A stretch of 64,000 nt of DNA from Flavobacteriales bacterium (GCA_019694795.1 JAIBBF010000012.1:11573-75572); one strand, 5' to 3'. Numbered from the stretch's first letter, positions 28,841 through 38,477 are shown. A program made the numbers and translations. Notes: generated from the sequence alone by a model not told the origin.

Positions 28841-30652
28841 ATGCAGAAGCTGAGGAATATCGCGATTATCGCACACGTTGACCATGGTAAAACCACGTTG
28901 GTTGACAAAATGCTGCTAGCCGGCAAATTATTTAAAGACCATGAAACACCCGGAGAGCTGATTCTCGATAATAACGACCTCGAAAGAGAACGCGGTATTA
29001 CCATTCTCGCTAAGAACGTTTCTGTTCAGTACAAGGATTATAAAATTAACATCATCGACACCCCGGGCCACGCCGATTTCGGTGGAGAGGTTGAGCGCGT
29101 ACTCAACATGGCAGACGGTGTATTGTTATTGGTTGATGCCTTTGAAGGTCCGATGCCACAAACACGCTTTGTAACTTCCAAAGCATTAGCGATGGGATTA
29201 AAACCTATTCTGGTGGTAAACAAAGTGGACAAACCCAACTGTACGCCTGAAGAGGCTTATGAGTCGGTGTTTGAACTGATGATGAACCTGGATGCTACAG
29301 ACGAGCAATTGGATTTCCCTGTAGTTTATGGTTCTGCCAAACAAAACTGGATGGGTATCGATTGGAAAAAACCAACCGGAAACATCGATGCACTTTTTGA
29401 AATGATTATTGAGCATATTCCCGCTCCGAAAATTTCTGAAGGTACACCACAATTACTGATTACTTCACTCGATTTCTCCCAATACATCGGTCGCTTTGCC
29501 ATCGGAAGATTACAACGCGGCGAATTGAAGGCGGGTCAACAAGTTTCATTGGTAAAACGCGATGGAACCATTGTTAAACAGCGTATCAAAGATTTATTTG
29601 TATTCGAAGGTTTTGAAAAACGCAAAGTAGAATCGGTGCAAGCCGGTGATATTTGTGCGGTGGTTGGAATTGAAGGTTTCGAAATTGGTGATACCATTGC
29701 CGATGCAGAAAATCCAGAAGCATTAAAAACGATCGATATCGAAGAGCCTACCATGAGTATGCTTTTCACTATTAATAACTCACCTTTCTTCGGTAAAGAA
29801 GGAAAATTCGTGACTTCCCGTCACTTGAAAGAACGTCTCGAACGTGAGTTGGAAAAAAATCTTGCATTACGTGTTAAAGAAACCAACTCGGCCGATTCTT
29901 TCAATGTATCCGGGCGTGGAGTACTTCACTTATCGGTACTTATTGAAACGATGCGTCGCGAAGGTTATGAATTACAGATTGGTCAGCCACAAGTTATCTT
30001 CAAAGAAATAGATGGTGTTAAATGCGAGCCGATCGAAGAATTAACCATCGACTTACCGGAAGAACACGCAGGAAAAGCCATTGAAATGGTTTCTACCCGT
30101 AAAGGCGAAATGATGAACATGTCACCAAAAGGAGATCGTATGATTATGCAATTCGTTATTCCTTCACGTGGATTAATCGGTTTGCGTAATAATATGCTTA
30201 CGGCCACAGCGGGTGAAGCGGTAGTGACTCATCGCTTTAAAGAATATGCACCTTACCGTGGTGAGATTCCTGGTCGTATGAACGGATCTTTAATCTCCAT
30301 GGAAACCGGCGATGCTATTGCCTACTCCATCAACAATCTTCAAGATCGCGGTACATTCTTTATTGAAGTAGGAGAACCGATTTATGAAGGACAGGTAGTA
30401 GGAGAAAATACTCGTCCCGGCGACATGGTGGTAAACATCACTAAAACAAAAAAACTCACCAACATGCGTGCATCCGGATCGGATGATAAAATGAGAATTG
30501 CACCTCCGGTGAAGTTTTCGCTTGAAGAAGCATTGGAATACATTCAGGGTGATGAGTATGTAGAAGTAACGCCAAACAACATTCGTCTTCGTAAAATTAT
30601 TCTTACCGAAAGCGATCGTAAACGCGCATCAAATACTAAACTTCAGCTCTGA
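28841..30652 (+). CDS. typA: translational GTPase TypA/BipA
   Basis: [33 protein letters not shown] and NKVD GTPase motifs; 603 aa with the EF-G-like domain order. Confidence 0.97.
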   Translation: MQKLRNIAIIAHVDHGKTTLVDKMLLAGKLFKDHETPGELILDNNDLERERGITILAKNVSVQYKDYKINIIDTPGHADFGGEVERVLNMADGVLLLVDAFEGPMPQTRFVTSKALAMGLKPILVVNKVDKPNCTPEEAYESVFELMMNLDATDEQLDFPVVYGSAKQNWMGIDWKKPTGNIDALFEMIIEHIPAPKISEGTPQLLITSLDFSQYIGRFAIGRLQRGELKAGQQVSLVKRDGTIVKQRIKDLFVFEGFEKRKVESVQAGDICAVVGIEGFEIGDTIADAENPEALKTIDIEEPTMSMLFTINNSPFFGKEGKFVTSRHLKERLERELEKNLALRVKETNSADSFNVSGRGVLHLSVLIETMRREGYELQIGQPQVIFKEIDGVKCEPIEELTIDLPEEHAGKAIEMVSTRKGEMMNMSPKGDRMIMQFVIPSRGLIGLRNNMLTATAGEAVVTHRFKEYAPYRGEIPGRMNGSLISMETGDAIAYSINNLQDRGTFFIEVGEPIYEGQVVGENTRPGDMVVNITKTKKLTNMRASGSDDKMRIAPPVKFSLEEALEYIQGDEYVEVTPNNIRLRKIILTESDRKRASNTKLQL

Positions 30653-30671
30653 TCTGAAATAAAACTTAATC

Positions 30672-30699
30672 AAAAAGGCGATCTCCGGATCGCCTTTTT
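30672..30699. terminator. bidirectional rho-independent terminator between convergent typA and the WD40 gene
   Basis: AAAAA-GGCGATC-TCCG-GATCGCC-TTTTT (stem 30677-30683 / 30688-30694). Confidence 0.8.
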
Positions 30700-31603
30700 A
30701 TTTTATCTCCATTACTTTAATACTGCGGTCATCTCCTGTGGAGATCAAACGATTCAATGAAGGAATCCAATGCAAGGCGTTAACTGAATTTTTATGCGCA
30801 TCCAACAATTTGCGATCAATCCGCAATAAAATACTGAGGGTATCGGTCGACCACAACTTTATCGTTTTATCGCGACTCGCCGTTGCAATCACCGCTGTAC
30901 CGGTCAATTCTTTGATATCGTAAATAGCAAAATTATGAGCGGGAATTGAACGGATGAGCGATCCATTCCTTTTCCAATAATTTAAATACGCATCTTTTCC
31001 GCCGCTCAGAAGCGTATCCTCATCTAAAAAACAAATGGAATTACAAGCCATCTCATGCGCTTTCCATTCCTGAACCAAATTATAAAACGAAGTTTCAAAA
31101 ATCCGTATCCATCCATCCCCACAAGCGAGTGCCAAAAAATCGCCGGAAGGAGAAAGTGCCATCTTCCTTATTTTTTCCGAGCAAATCGGATAATTAAGCA
31201 TTAAACGAAAATCATTCCGGTCCCAAATACAGCAAGTGCCATCACCGGAAACGGTGTAAAAATGATTGTTTTTATTATGGAGAAGAATTTGAAAAATGGC
31301 CGACTGATGATGAATGATGTGTTTTATTTCTTTCTTATTCAACAAATCAATAATGTGTAAATCGCCGGTACCAAGTCCGATAAACAACACCTGTTTTTCC
31401 TGATCGTGCAACAGCGAATAAACCGGCTTTCCGACATTCACAGAAAATTTTTCTGCAGCACCATTTAGTACATCCCATTCCGCAACAAATCCATCCGCGC
31501 TGCCACTGAAAACTGTTTCCGGTTTACTTCCCTGTTCAAGACAATAAACGGGAGCGGCGTGACCGGACAATGAAAATTTCAAATGAACATCCGGCTTTTT
31601 CAT
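30698..31603 (-). CDS. WD40-repeat (beta-propeller) protein, cytoplasmic
   Basis: Repeats ending ..SGSADGFVAEWD, ..TVSGDGTCCIWD, ..LACGDGWIRIFE, ..TASRDKTIKLWS and ..STGDDRSIKVME. Start set at MKKPDVHLKF, where it makes an ATGA overlap with the upstream ORF. Confidence 0.8.
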   Translation of the reverse strand: MKKPDVHLKFSLSGHAAPVYCLEQGSKPETVFSGSADGFVAEWDVLNGAAEKFSVNVGKPVYSLLHDQEKQVLFIGLGTGDLHIIDLLNKKEIKHIIHHQSAIFQILLHNKNNHFYTVSGDGTCCIWDRNDFRLMLNYPICSEKIRKMALSPSGDFLALACGDGWIRIFETSFYNLVQEWKAHEMACNSICFLDEDTLLSGGKDAYLNYWKRNGSLIRSIPAHNFAIYDIKELTGTAVIATASRDKTIKLWSTDTLSILLRIDRKLLDAHKNSVNALHWIPSLNRLISTGDDRSIKVMEIK

Positions 31604-31947
31604 AGCGATTGTAAGAATGAACAGGACACCCATTGAAGGGAATTTTCCATAACTTTTTTTCGAACACTAAATTCCGGAACAATGTTTCCCTGATTCAATT
31701 CAATCATTAAAATCATTCCGGTTATTTCATCCTGAACAATTTCCAGTATTCCAAGTTCAGCATCGAGAACGAGGTCGTGGACAAATAAAAGTCGACGGTT
31801 TTTATCTCTGAATCCGGAGTTGCGGTCTTTTTGTTTGAATGGAATTTCAGTTCCGCTCCACGCATACATATCGGGCGAATAAAACCATTGGTTACCCATT
31901 TTTTTCCGGTAACCTAAAATGAGATCATTCAAACGCAAACGTTCCAT
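31600..31947 (-). CDS. hypothetical protein (115 aa) translationally coupled to the WD40 gene
   Basis: ORF whose TGA overlaps the WD40 ATG (ATGA at 31603-31600, minus strand). No motif recognised. Confidence 0.45.
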   Translation of the reverse strand: MERLRLNDLILGYRKKMGNQWFYSPDMYAWSGTEIPFKQKDRNSGFRDKNRRLLFVHDLVLDAELGILEIVQDEITGMILMIELNQGNIVPEFSVRKKVMENSLQWVSCSFLQSL

Positions 31948-32015
31948 ACTGCAAAATAACATAAAAGCAGTAGAGTTGTTCGGCTAGCTATGAAAATGTG
32001 ATGACTCCTGATCGC

Positions 32016-33266
32016 CTAAACTTCCTTGCCTTTGAGCATTTTATTCCAATACAAATGAGGAAGAATATATTTTTTTAACCACCATAAACGCAGATGTTCT
32101 TTCGAAGAATCGAACACCAGCATTTGTTTTAGTTTCGGATCCGGGGTAAAATTATTTTGATAATCGAACTCTGCCAAAACCATTTTACCGTATCCGGTTA
32201 CCAAGGGACAACTCGAATATCCATTATACGATTTATCACTGATTTTTCCATTGGCGATCATTGATTTGATCGATGCTACCACAACAGGGACCTGTTTTCG
32301 AATGGCAGCACCTGTTTTAGCAGTAGGTAAAGCTGCGGCATCGCCCATACCGAAAATATTCGCGTATTTTTTATGTTGCAGGGTGTTAATGTCCACATCC
32401 ATCCAACCATCTTTATTCGCTAAATCGGAATCCTTAATAAAATCCGGAGCAGTTTGCGGTGGTGCGAGATGAAGCATGTCGAACGGAATTTCAATAAGCG
32501 AATCACCTTTCATTTCTTCCTTCAGTGAATTATCCTGATTAATCACACATTGATTTCCGCTGGCATTAACCCATTTAAATGTGATGATTTTTTTATCGGC
32601 ATCAATTTTAACCGGTGCATAATGCGGTTTAAAGTGAATACCATAACGGGCTATGACCTGCTCAAGTGTATGGCGAATTTCTTTCACTCCGAAAATGGCA
32701 GCTCCCGGTGTAGCATAAATAACATTGGTGTTTTTGTCGAGACCTTTTTTCTTGAAATAATCAGCCGCCAGATAGGCGATTTTTTGAGGAGCTCCTCCAC
32801 ATTTTATTGGCGTAGTAGGTTGCGTAAAAACAGCATTTCCGCCTTTAAAATTTTTAAGCACTTCCAAGGTATGTATCGGATCGGTATAATTACTGCAAAC
32901 CACACCCTTATCAATCGCCTCGGCCAATCCTTCAATTTGCGACATATCGTAAACGAGTCCCGGTGATAACACTAAATAATCATATTTAATCACTTTGCCG
33001 GAACATGTAATAACCGTGTTATTGGCAGCATCCACTTTATCGGCATATTCCCGGATCCAATTCACCCCTTTTGGCATGATATCCGCCATCTTTCTTTTTG
33101 TCTTCTCAAAATCGTACGCATTCGCCCCTACGAGGGTCCAGGCAGGTTGATAATAATGAAATTCGGCAGGCTCGAGTAAAGTCACCTGCATATCTTTTTC
33201 CCCTAATAAGCGGGCAGCAGTCATAATTCCGCCGGTACCTCCGCCAACAATAACAATATGATTCAT
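32016..33266 (-). CDS. sqr: type II (SQRDL-like) sulfide:quinone oxidoreductase, FAD-dependent
   Basis: N-terminal IVIVGGGTGG FAD motif and the PIKCGGAPQK redox-cysteine motif characteristic of type II SQR; GMGDAA near the C-terminus. Confidence 0.8.
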   Translation of the reverse strand: MNHIVIVGGGTGGIMTAARLLGEKDMQVTLLEPAEFHYYQPAWTLVGANAYDFEKTKRKMADIMPKGVNWIREYADKVDAANNTVITCSGKVIKYDYLVLSPGLVYDMSQIEGLAEAIDKGVVCSNYTDPIHTLEVLKNFKGGNAVFTQPTTPIKCGGAPQKIAYLAADYFKKKGLDKNTNVIYATPGAAIFGVKEIRHTLEQVIARYGIHFKPHYAPVKIDADKKIITFKWVNASGNQCVINQDNSLKEEMKGDSLIEIPFDMLHLAPPQTAPDFIKDSDLANKDGWMDVDINTLQHKKYANIFGMGDAAALPTAKTGAAIRKQVPVVVASIKSMIANGKISDKSYNGYSSCPLVTGYGKMVLAEFDYQNNFTPDPKLKQMLVFDSSKEHLRLWWLKKYILPHLYWNKMLKGKEV

Positions 33267-33482
33267 AAATCTGGCTTTTTGTTAAAGCTAGGGCAAGGAA
33301 AAAGGATAGACAGTGACAGAGGTTACAAAGCGTCAGTATTCGCCCGGAAATTGCGACAAATCGACTCCCCAGGGGTATGTTCATCCCTTACGAATCGGGA
33401 CATTCCTCTGCTTTTCGCCAAAATGACAGGTTTTTTCAGACTGGTCTCTCCTTTGATGTATTTCTGCCAAAAGAATAAAACT

Positions 33483-35351
33483 ATGAGTACTACTACAGGC
33501 AAAATCAATGTTCAGACGGAAAACATTTTTCCGATCATCAAGAAGTTTCTTTATTCCGATCATGAAATCTTTTTGCGCGAATTGGTTTCGAATGCAGTTG
33601 ATGCCACCAGAAAACTTAAAACACTTTCTTCACTGGGTGAATTTAAAGGCGAGTTGGGCGACCTAACCGTAAAAGTTTCGGTGGATAAGGAAAACAAAAC
33701 CATCACGATTAGTGACCGAGGGATTGGAATGAGTCAGGAAGAAGTTGAGAAATACATTAATCAGGTTGCCTTTTCCGGTGCCAAAGAATTCGTAGAAAAA
33801 TACCAGGATAAAGCACAGGGAATCATTGGGAATTTCGGACTAGGATTTTATTCCTCCTTTATGGTTTCCAAACGCGTGGAAGTAATCACCAAAAGCTATC
33901 GCGACGAAGCCGCCGTTAAATGGGAATGCGAAGGAAATCCGGAGTACAGTATTTCACCGAGTGATAAAGCGGATCGTGGTACAGATATTATTTTACACCT
34001 GGCCGACGATTCAGAAGAATTTGCTGATGAATTCAGAGTAAAAGAAATTTTGCGCAAATACTGCAAATTCCTTCCCGTTGAAATTGCTATGGGTAAAAAG
34101 AAGGAGAAAATCACCAATGAAAATGGTGTAGAAGAAGAAATTGAAAGGGATGATATTCTCAATAATCCGGAACCAGCCTGGACCAAATCGCCATCCTCAC
34201 TGAAAGAAGAAGATTATACTTCCTTCTACCACGAGTTATATCCATTTGCTGAAGAACCATTATTTCACATTCATTTGAATGTGGACTACCCCTTTAACCT
34301 GACAGGTATTTTATATTTTCCTAAACTGAAAAACAATATTGAAGTTCAAAAAAATAAAATTCAGCTATACAGCAATCAGGTATTTGTAACCGACCAGGTA
34401 GAAGGTGTTGTACCGGAATTCTTAATGCTGCTTCACGGTGTGATCGATTCTCCGGATATTCCATTGAACGTTTCGCGCTCTTATTTACAAAGCGATGCCA
34501 ATGTGAAAAAAATATCATCGCACATTACTAAAAAAGTGGCCGACAAACTCGAAGAGATGTTCAAAAACGACCGTGCCGACTTCGAAAAAAAATGGGATCA
34601 CATTCAGGTGTTCATTCAATACGGAATGTTGACCGATGAAAAATTTTATGAGCGTGCACAGAAGTTTGCTTTATTAAAAAATCACGAAGGGAATTACTAC
34701 ACACCGGCGGAATACACCGAAAAAATCAAAGCGATTCAAACCGATAAAAACAATCGCATTGTTTACCTCTATGCGCCATCAACCGCAACACACGATAACT
34801 ACATCGAATCTGCCAAAGAACGTGGTTACGATGTTTTAATTATCGAAGGTCCGCTTGCACCGCATTTTATTTCCAAGCTCGAAAGCAAAATGGAAAACGC
34901 ATCCTTTGTTCGGGTAGATGCAGACACCATGGACAATCTGATTAAAAAAGATGATCAGCAACCCAGCAAATTATCGGAAAAAGAACAGGAAGAATTAAAA
35001 CCGGTGTACCAGGAATTAATCGACGCCTCCAAATTTACCGTTCAATTTGAAAGCATGAGCGAAACGGATGTTCCTGCTATGGTTACCCAAACTGAATTTA
35101 TGCGTCGCATGAAAGAACAGGAAGCACTTGGCGGCGGAGGATTTTACGGAACCCTGCCTGAAATGTACAACCTTGTTGTAAACAGCAATCACCCGATTAC
35201 CTCAAAAATTTTAAAAGAAGAAAATCCGGAGCGAAAAAAAGTAATTACCCGCCAGGTGGTGGATCTTGCTTTATTGTCGCAAGGTTTACTAAAAGGAAAA
35301 GAATTGTCGGATTTCATGAAACGCACAGCAGATTTGATCACTAAATCATGA
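33483..35351 (+). CDS. htpG: molecular chaperone HtpG (Hsp90)
   Basis: FLYSDHEIFLRELVSNAVDA (GHKL N-box), ISDRGIGM and GNFGLGFYSSFMV. Start set at MSTTTGKINVQ; the ORF-track start at 33258 adds 75 non-homologous residues. Confidence 0.95.
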   Translation: MSTTTGKINVQTENIFPIIKKFLYSDHEIFLRELVSNAVDATRKLKTLSSLGEFKGELGDLTVKVSVDKENKTITISDRGIGMSQEEVEKYINQVAFSGAKEFVEKYQDKAQGIIGNFGLGFYSSFMVSKRVEVITKSYRDEAAVKWECEGNPEYSISPSDKADRGTDIILHLADDSEEFADEFRVKEILRKYCKFLPVEIAMGKKKEKITNENGVEEEIERDDILNNPEPAWTKSPSSLKEEDYTSFYHELYPFAEEPLFHIHLNVDYPFNLTGILYFPKLKNNIEVQKNKIQLYSNQVFVTDQVEGVVPEFLMLLHGVIDSPDIPLNVSRSYLQSDANVKKISSHITKKVADKLEEMFKNDRADFEKKWDHIQVFIQYGMLTDEKFYERAQKFALLKNHEGNYYTPAEYTEKIKAIQTDKNNRIVYLYAPSTATHDNYIESAKERGYDVLIIEGPLAPHFISKLESKMENASFVRVDADTMDNLIKKDDQQPSKLSEKEQEELKPVYQELIDASKFTVQFESMSETDVPAMVTQTEFMRRMKEQEALGGGGFYGTLPEMYNLVVNSNHPITSKILKEENPERKKVITRQVVDLALLSQGLLKGKELSDFMKRTADLITKS

Positions 35352-35441
35352 TTTTTTTCATCATAATTTAATCTTTATTCTGAAACGATTTTTCAATCTC
35401 TGCGTATGAATTCGCACAAACAACATTAACTAAAAACTAAA

Positions 35442-36029
35442 ATGAAAAAAGGAACTATTATTTTACTTTCTATTGTCGGATTTTTTGTGATCATACTTAT
35501 TTCCATGATAAGTACTTACAATGGAATCGTTTCTGCAGAGGCGAATGTTAATCAGAAATTTGAGGATATTCAGGCACAATATCAGCGTCGTTTCGATCTC
35601 ATTCCTCAACTCGTTGCTACCGTTCAAATGAATGCTGCAAATGAAAAAGACATTTTAACCAAAGTAACGCAATACCGCGCCGGGATTACGGATGCAAAAA
35701 ATGCAGGCGACATTGAAAAAATGGAACCTGTAGCACAGGATATCCGCACCGCACTTAATTTTCAAATGGAGGCTTATCCCACATTACAAAGTCCCGCCGC
35801 TTTCCGCGATTTACAAGCGCAGTTAGAAGGGACAGAAAATCGTATTGCCAAGGCAAGAACCGATTTCAACAGTGCGGTTAAAGATTACAACATCCGCATT
35901 AAGCGATTCCCGAATAATATGTTCAACGCATTTTTTGGATTTGAGCCGAAGGTAGGATTTACCATTACCAACGCTGCTGCAGAAAATCCGGTAGATGTGC
36001 GCTCTGAATTTAAAAAGGGAGAAGAATAA
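35442..36029 (+). CDS. lemA: LemA family protein
   Basis: N-terminal TM helix, then the LemA signature (YNGIVSAEANVNQKFEDIQAQYQRRFDLIPQLV ... YNIRIKRFPNNMF). Confidence 0.9.
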   Translation: MKKGTIILLSIVGFFVIILISMISTYNGIVSAEANVNQKFEDIQAQYQRRFDLIPQLVATVQMNAANEKDILTKVTQYRAGITDAKNAGDIEKMEPVAQDIRTALNFQMEAYPTLQSPAAFRDLQAQLEGTENRIAKARTDFNSAVKDYNIRIKRFPNNMFNAFFGFEPKVGFTITNAAAENPVDVRSEFKKGEE

Positions 36030-36460
36030 TGCCGAATCTTTTTTCCTCCGAAGAAATTTTAAAAATAGAACAGGAGATCTCGCTGGCAGAAGAAAAAACT
36101 TCCGGCGAGATCCGGGTTTTTATTGATGAGAAATGCAGAATTGATGTCCTGGACCGCGCCGCTTATATTTTTAAGCAACTCGAAATGGACAAAACCCAGG
36201 AACGTAATGGCGTCTTAATTTACCTGGCCTCCCGCGACCGTAAATTCGCCATTATTGGTGATAAAGGAATCAATGAAAAAGTTCCGGAAAATTTTTGGAA
36301 TGCCATTCGCGATACGATGCAGCAATTACTGAAAAACGAAAATTACTTCGAAGCAGTTTGCACAGCGATTGAACAATCCGGAACCGAATTGGCAAAATTT
36401 TTCCCGCGAAAAGAAGATGATCAGAATGAATTGTCGAACGAAATTCTATTCGGTAAATGA
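36029..36460 (+). CDS. TPM (TLP18.3/Psb32/MOLO-1) domain protein, soluble form
   Basis: EIRVFID ... ERNGVLIYLASRDRKFAIIGDKGI pattern. Its ATG overlaps the lemA stop by 1 nt. Confidence 0.8.
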   Translation: MPNLFSSEEILKIEQEISLAEEKTSGEIRVFIDEKCRIDVLDRAAYIFKQLEMDKTQERNGVLIYLASRDRKFAIIGDKGINEKVPENFWNAIRDTMQQLLKNENYFEAVCTAIEQSGTELAKFFPRKEDDQNELSNEILFGK

Positions 36461-37269
36461 AAAAATTCGTTTCGGTTTTATTCCTGGTCTTTATTACATT
36501 AAGCTGGACATCCTGTTCCGAATCAAGCGAGTGTAAAGTTGTTCCCAAACCCTCACAATTAAAATTGGTCAACGACCAGGCAGGTGTGATGTCGGAAACG
36601 CAAGCTGCTTCCTTGGAGAACGCCTTGCAACAGTACAATCAATCTACCTCCACGGAGATTGTCGTTTTAACCGTAAGTGATCTCTGCAATTACGAACCTT
36701 CTACCTATGCGTTTGAAGTCATAGACACCTGGGGTATTGGTAAAAAGGGAAAAGATAATGGATTACTTATTCTGGTGGTTCCTAAGGAATCTTCAGCCGA
36801 TGGCAAAGGGCATTGCTTTATTGCAACGGGAAGAGGCTTAGAAGGCGCTATTCCTGATGCCTATGCCAAGCGTATTGTAGAGGACCGGATGATTCCTTAT
36901 TTCAAACAACAAAAATACTTCGATGGAATCATCACCGGTGTGAATGCTTGTATGGAATTAGCTTCTGCTGATTTTACGCCTACAGCATTTGCCAGTGGAA
37001 AAGGTTTTAAACCGAAAGAACCAAAAATGAAAATTACCAGCGCCATCATCATTATCGCCGGTGTAATTTTATTCTGGATCATTTTTATGTCGCGCAAAAC
37101 CAATCAGTATTCCAAAAGAAACCATACCGGATTTTGGACGGGCTGGTGGTTGATGAACAGTTCATCCGGACGCGGTCACTGGGGTGGTTTCGGAGGCGGA
37201 GGCGGATTCGGTGGTGGCGGATTCGGTGGAGGATCCAGTGGAGGAGGCGGTGCGGGAGGTAGCTGGTAA
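36457..37269 (+). CDS. TPM domain lipoprotein with TM anchor and Gly-rich ..GGSW tail (YgcG-like)
   Basis: Lipobox-like LSWTSC, TPM core (VNDQAGVMSETQAASLENALQQYNQSTSTEIVVLTV ... GLLILV), TM helix ITSAIIIIAGVILFWIIFM and tail GGFGGGGGFGGGGFGGGSSGGGGAGGSW. ATGA overlap with the upstream gene. Confidence 0.85.
   Translation: MKKFVSVLFLVFITLSWTSCSESSECKVVPKPSQLKLVNDQAGVMSETQAASLENALQQYNQSTSTEIVVLTVSDLCNYEPSTYAFEVIDTWGIGKKGKDNGLLILVVPKESSADGKGHCFIATGRGLEGAIPDAYAKRIVEDRMIPYFKQQKYFDGIITGVNACMELASADFTPTAFASGKGFKPKEPKMKITSAIIIIAGVILFWIIFMSRKTNQYSKRNHTGFWTGWWLMNSSSGRGHWGGFGGGGGFGGGGFGGGSSGGGGAGGSW
37204..37269 (+). repeat. copy 1 of a 66-nt direct repeat encoding GFGGGGFGGGSSGGGGAGGSW-stop
   Basis: Hand alignment with 37956-38021 gives 62/66 identical nucleotides. 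The three coding differences are synonymous, and the stop codons differ (TAA vs TGA). Confidence 0.9.
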
Positions 37270-38021
37270 TGAATACTGCCTTATTATTTCTTTTACTTCC
37301 TATTATCGGATTTATTCCCGCTGCCATTTATCTTTTGATAAAACGTCAAAATCACGAAGATTTATTATTCAGTTATCAGGACGAAGGTGATTTAGAAGAT
37401 GCAGAATTGCGGGTGAGTTTTTTTGAGCAGGCTTTCGGAAAAGATGAAAAAGTGCGCGAATGGCTTGAATTCTACAAAGAGAAATCGCGAAAACACAAAC
37501 TACCCTTTTCATTTTTTTCCGACAATTTCAATCATCGGATCAACCTCTTGTATATGGGAAACTTCAGCAATCGCTGGATTGCCTTTAAACGAGCGGACCC
37601 CGTTGTGCGTATTATGTTTTTTTATAGCATGATTTCCGGATTCATCTTAATGGGTCTGGTATTTAGTTATATTATTGAAAACGATTACGACCATTTATAC
37701 ATCGGATTGCCTGTGGCTCTGCTGGCTTTTCCAATCTCACTTGTCATTGGCTTTTTACTTCAAATGGGATTTGTCTTTACCCTCGGATTTCTTAATTTAT
37801 TTTTCGCCAGAGGAAGTATAAAACGAGCTAATTTTTGTTTGGATGAAATGTTCAAATCACTAATTCCCGGTGGCAGAAACACCACTGTAATCGGTTCTGG
37901 CCGCGGTGGAAATGGTTGGGGCGGAACTTATTTCGGAGGCGGTGGAGGCGGCGGCGGATTTGGTGGTGGCGGATTCGGTGGAGGATCCAGTGGCGGAGGC
38001 GGTGCTGGAGGTAGCTGGTGA
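37269..38021 (+). CDS. polytopic membrane protein without a TPM domain, carrying the same Gly-rich ..GGSW tail
   Basis: TAATG overlap with the upstream gene. TM helices (ALLFLLLPIIGFIPAAIYLLI; IMFFYSMISGFILMGLVFSYII; LPVALLAFPISLVIGFLLQMGFVFTLGFLNLFF). The last 21 residues are identical to those of the preceding protein. Confidence 0.75.
   Translation: MNTALLFLLLPIIGFIPAAIYLLIKRQNHEDLLFSYQDEGDLEDAELRVSFFEQAFGKDEKVREWLEFYKEKSRKHKLPFSFFSDNFNHRINLLYMGNFSNRWIAFKRADPVVRIMFFYSMISGFILMGLVFSYIIENDYDHLYIGLPVALLAFPISLVIGFLLQMGFVFTLGFLNLFFARGSIKRANFCLDEMFKSLIPGGRNTTVIGSGRGGNGWGGTYFGGGGGGGGFGGGGFGGGSSGGGGAGGSW
37956..38021 (+). repeat. copy 2 of the 66-nt direct repeat
   Basis: See copy 1. The start-to-start distance is 752 nt. 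Confidence 0.9.
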
Positions 38022-38048
38022 GCAATCTATTTTGGTTATCTTTAAGCA

Positions 38049-38477
38049 ATGAAGAAAATTGCATTTTTAATCCTTTGCCTTATCCTTCCGGTTTTTTCAT
38101 TTTGTCAACAGGAAAAAAATCAGGTAGCAAGGGAAATTGAATCCAATTTATTTTCTTCTTTTCAAACACCGGAACATCATCCTCACCCCTTTGTATCACC
38201 AAAAAAAGAAAACGGTAAAACAAGAATTAATCCGCTTTTCTACGCTGGAGGAAGCCTCTTATTTATCTATCAAAACCTCATCTCCGAACAAATCAGTGCG
38301 CAATGCAATTATCAAATCACTTGCTCGTCGTACACCCTCCATCAAATTGAACATTTCGGAATTATAGAAGGAAGTCTCCTTGGACTGGACCAATACTTTA
38401 ATTGCAATCCCGCAGCCAAAAAAGATTTTATGCCTTACAAAATCAAGTCGAACCATATTCAAAACGATCATGAATAA
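38049..38477 (+). CDS. YidD-like (haemolytic-domain, PF01809-type) protein with an N-terminal signal-peptide-like extension
   Basis: The core IYQNLISEQISAQCNYQITCSSYTLHQIEHFGIIEGSLLGLDQYFNCNP matches the YidD pattern YQ.LIS....C....TCS.Y......G...G..L.......C.P. The N-terminus is MKKIAFLILCLILPVFSFCQQ. Confidence 0.8.
   Translation: MKKIAFLILCLILPVFSFCQQEKNQVAREIESNLFSSFQTPEHHPHPFVSPKKENGKTRINPLFYAGGSLLFIYQNLISEQISAQCNYQITCSSYTLHQIEHFGIIEGSLLGLDQYFNCNPAAKKDFMPYKIKSNHIQNDHE

Noticed and set aside
33258-33482. The 697-aa ORF-track version of HtpG, which begins 75 codons upstream.
   Set aside because: Hsp90/HtpG homology starts at MSTTTGKINVQTENIFPIIKKFLYSDHEIF. The upstream extension overlaps the divergent sqr start and has no protein-like character.
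36270-36638. 122-aa minus-strand ORF across the TPM-TPM junction.
   Set aside because: It lies opposite two recognisable TPM genes joined by an ATGA overlap, so it is a shadow ORF.
37085-37327. His/Arg-rich minus-strand ORFs (37085-37327 and 37852-38064) with repeated HRIRHH-type motifs.
   Set aside because: They are mirror images of the GGN-rich glycine tails on the plus strand. The repeat is explained by the coding repeat at 37204-37269 and 37956-38021.
37204-38021. Whether the 66-nt repeats mark a mobile element or a tandem-repeat locus.
   Set aside because: Both copies are in frame as the last 21 codons plus the stop of adjacent genes. There are no flanking inverted repeats or target duplications, so I interpret this as a coding-tail duplication or conversion instead.
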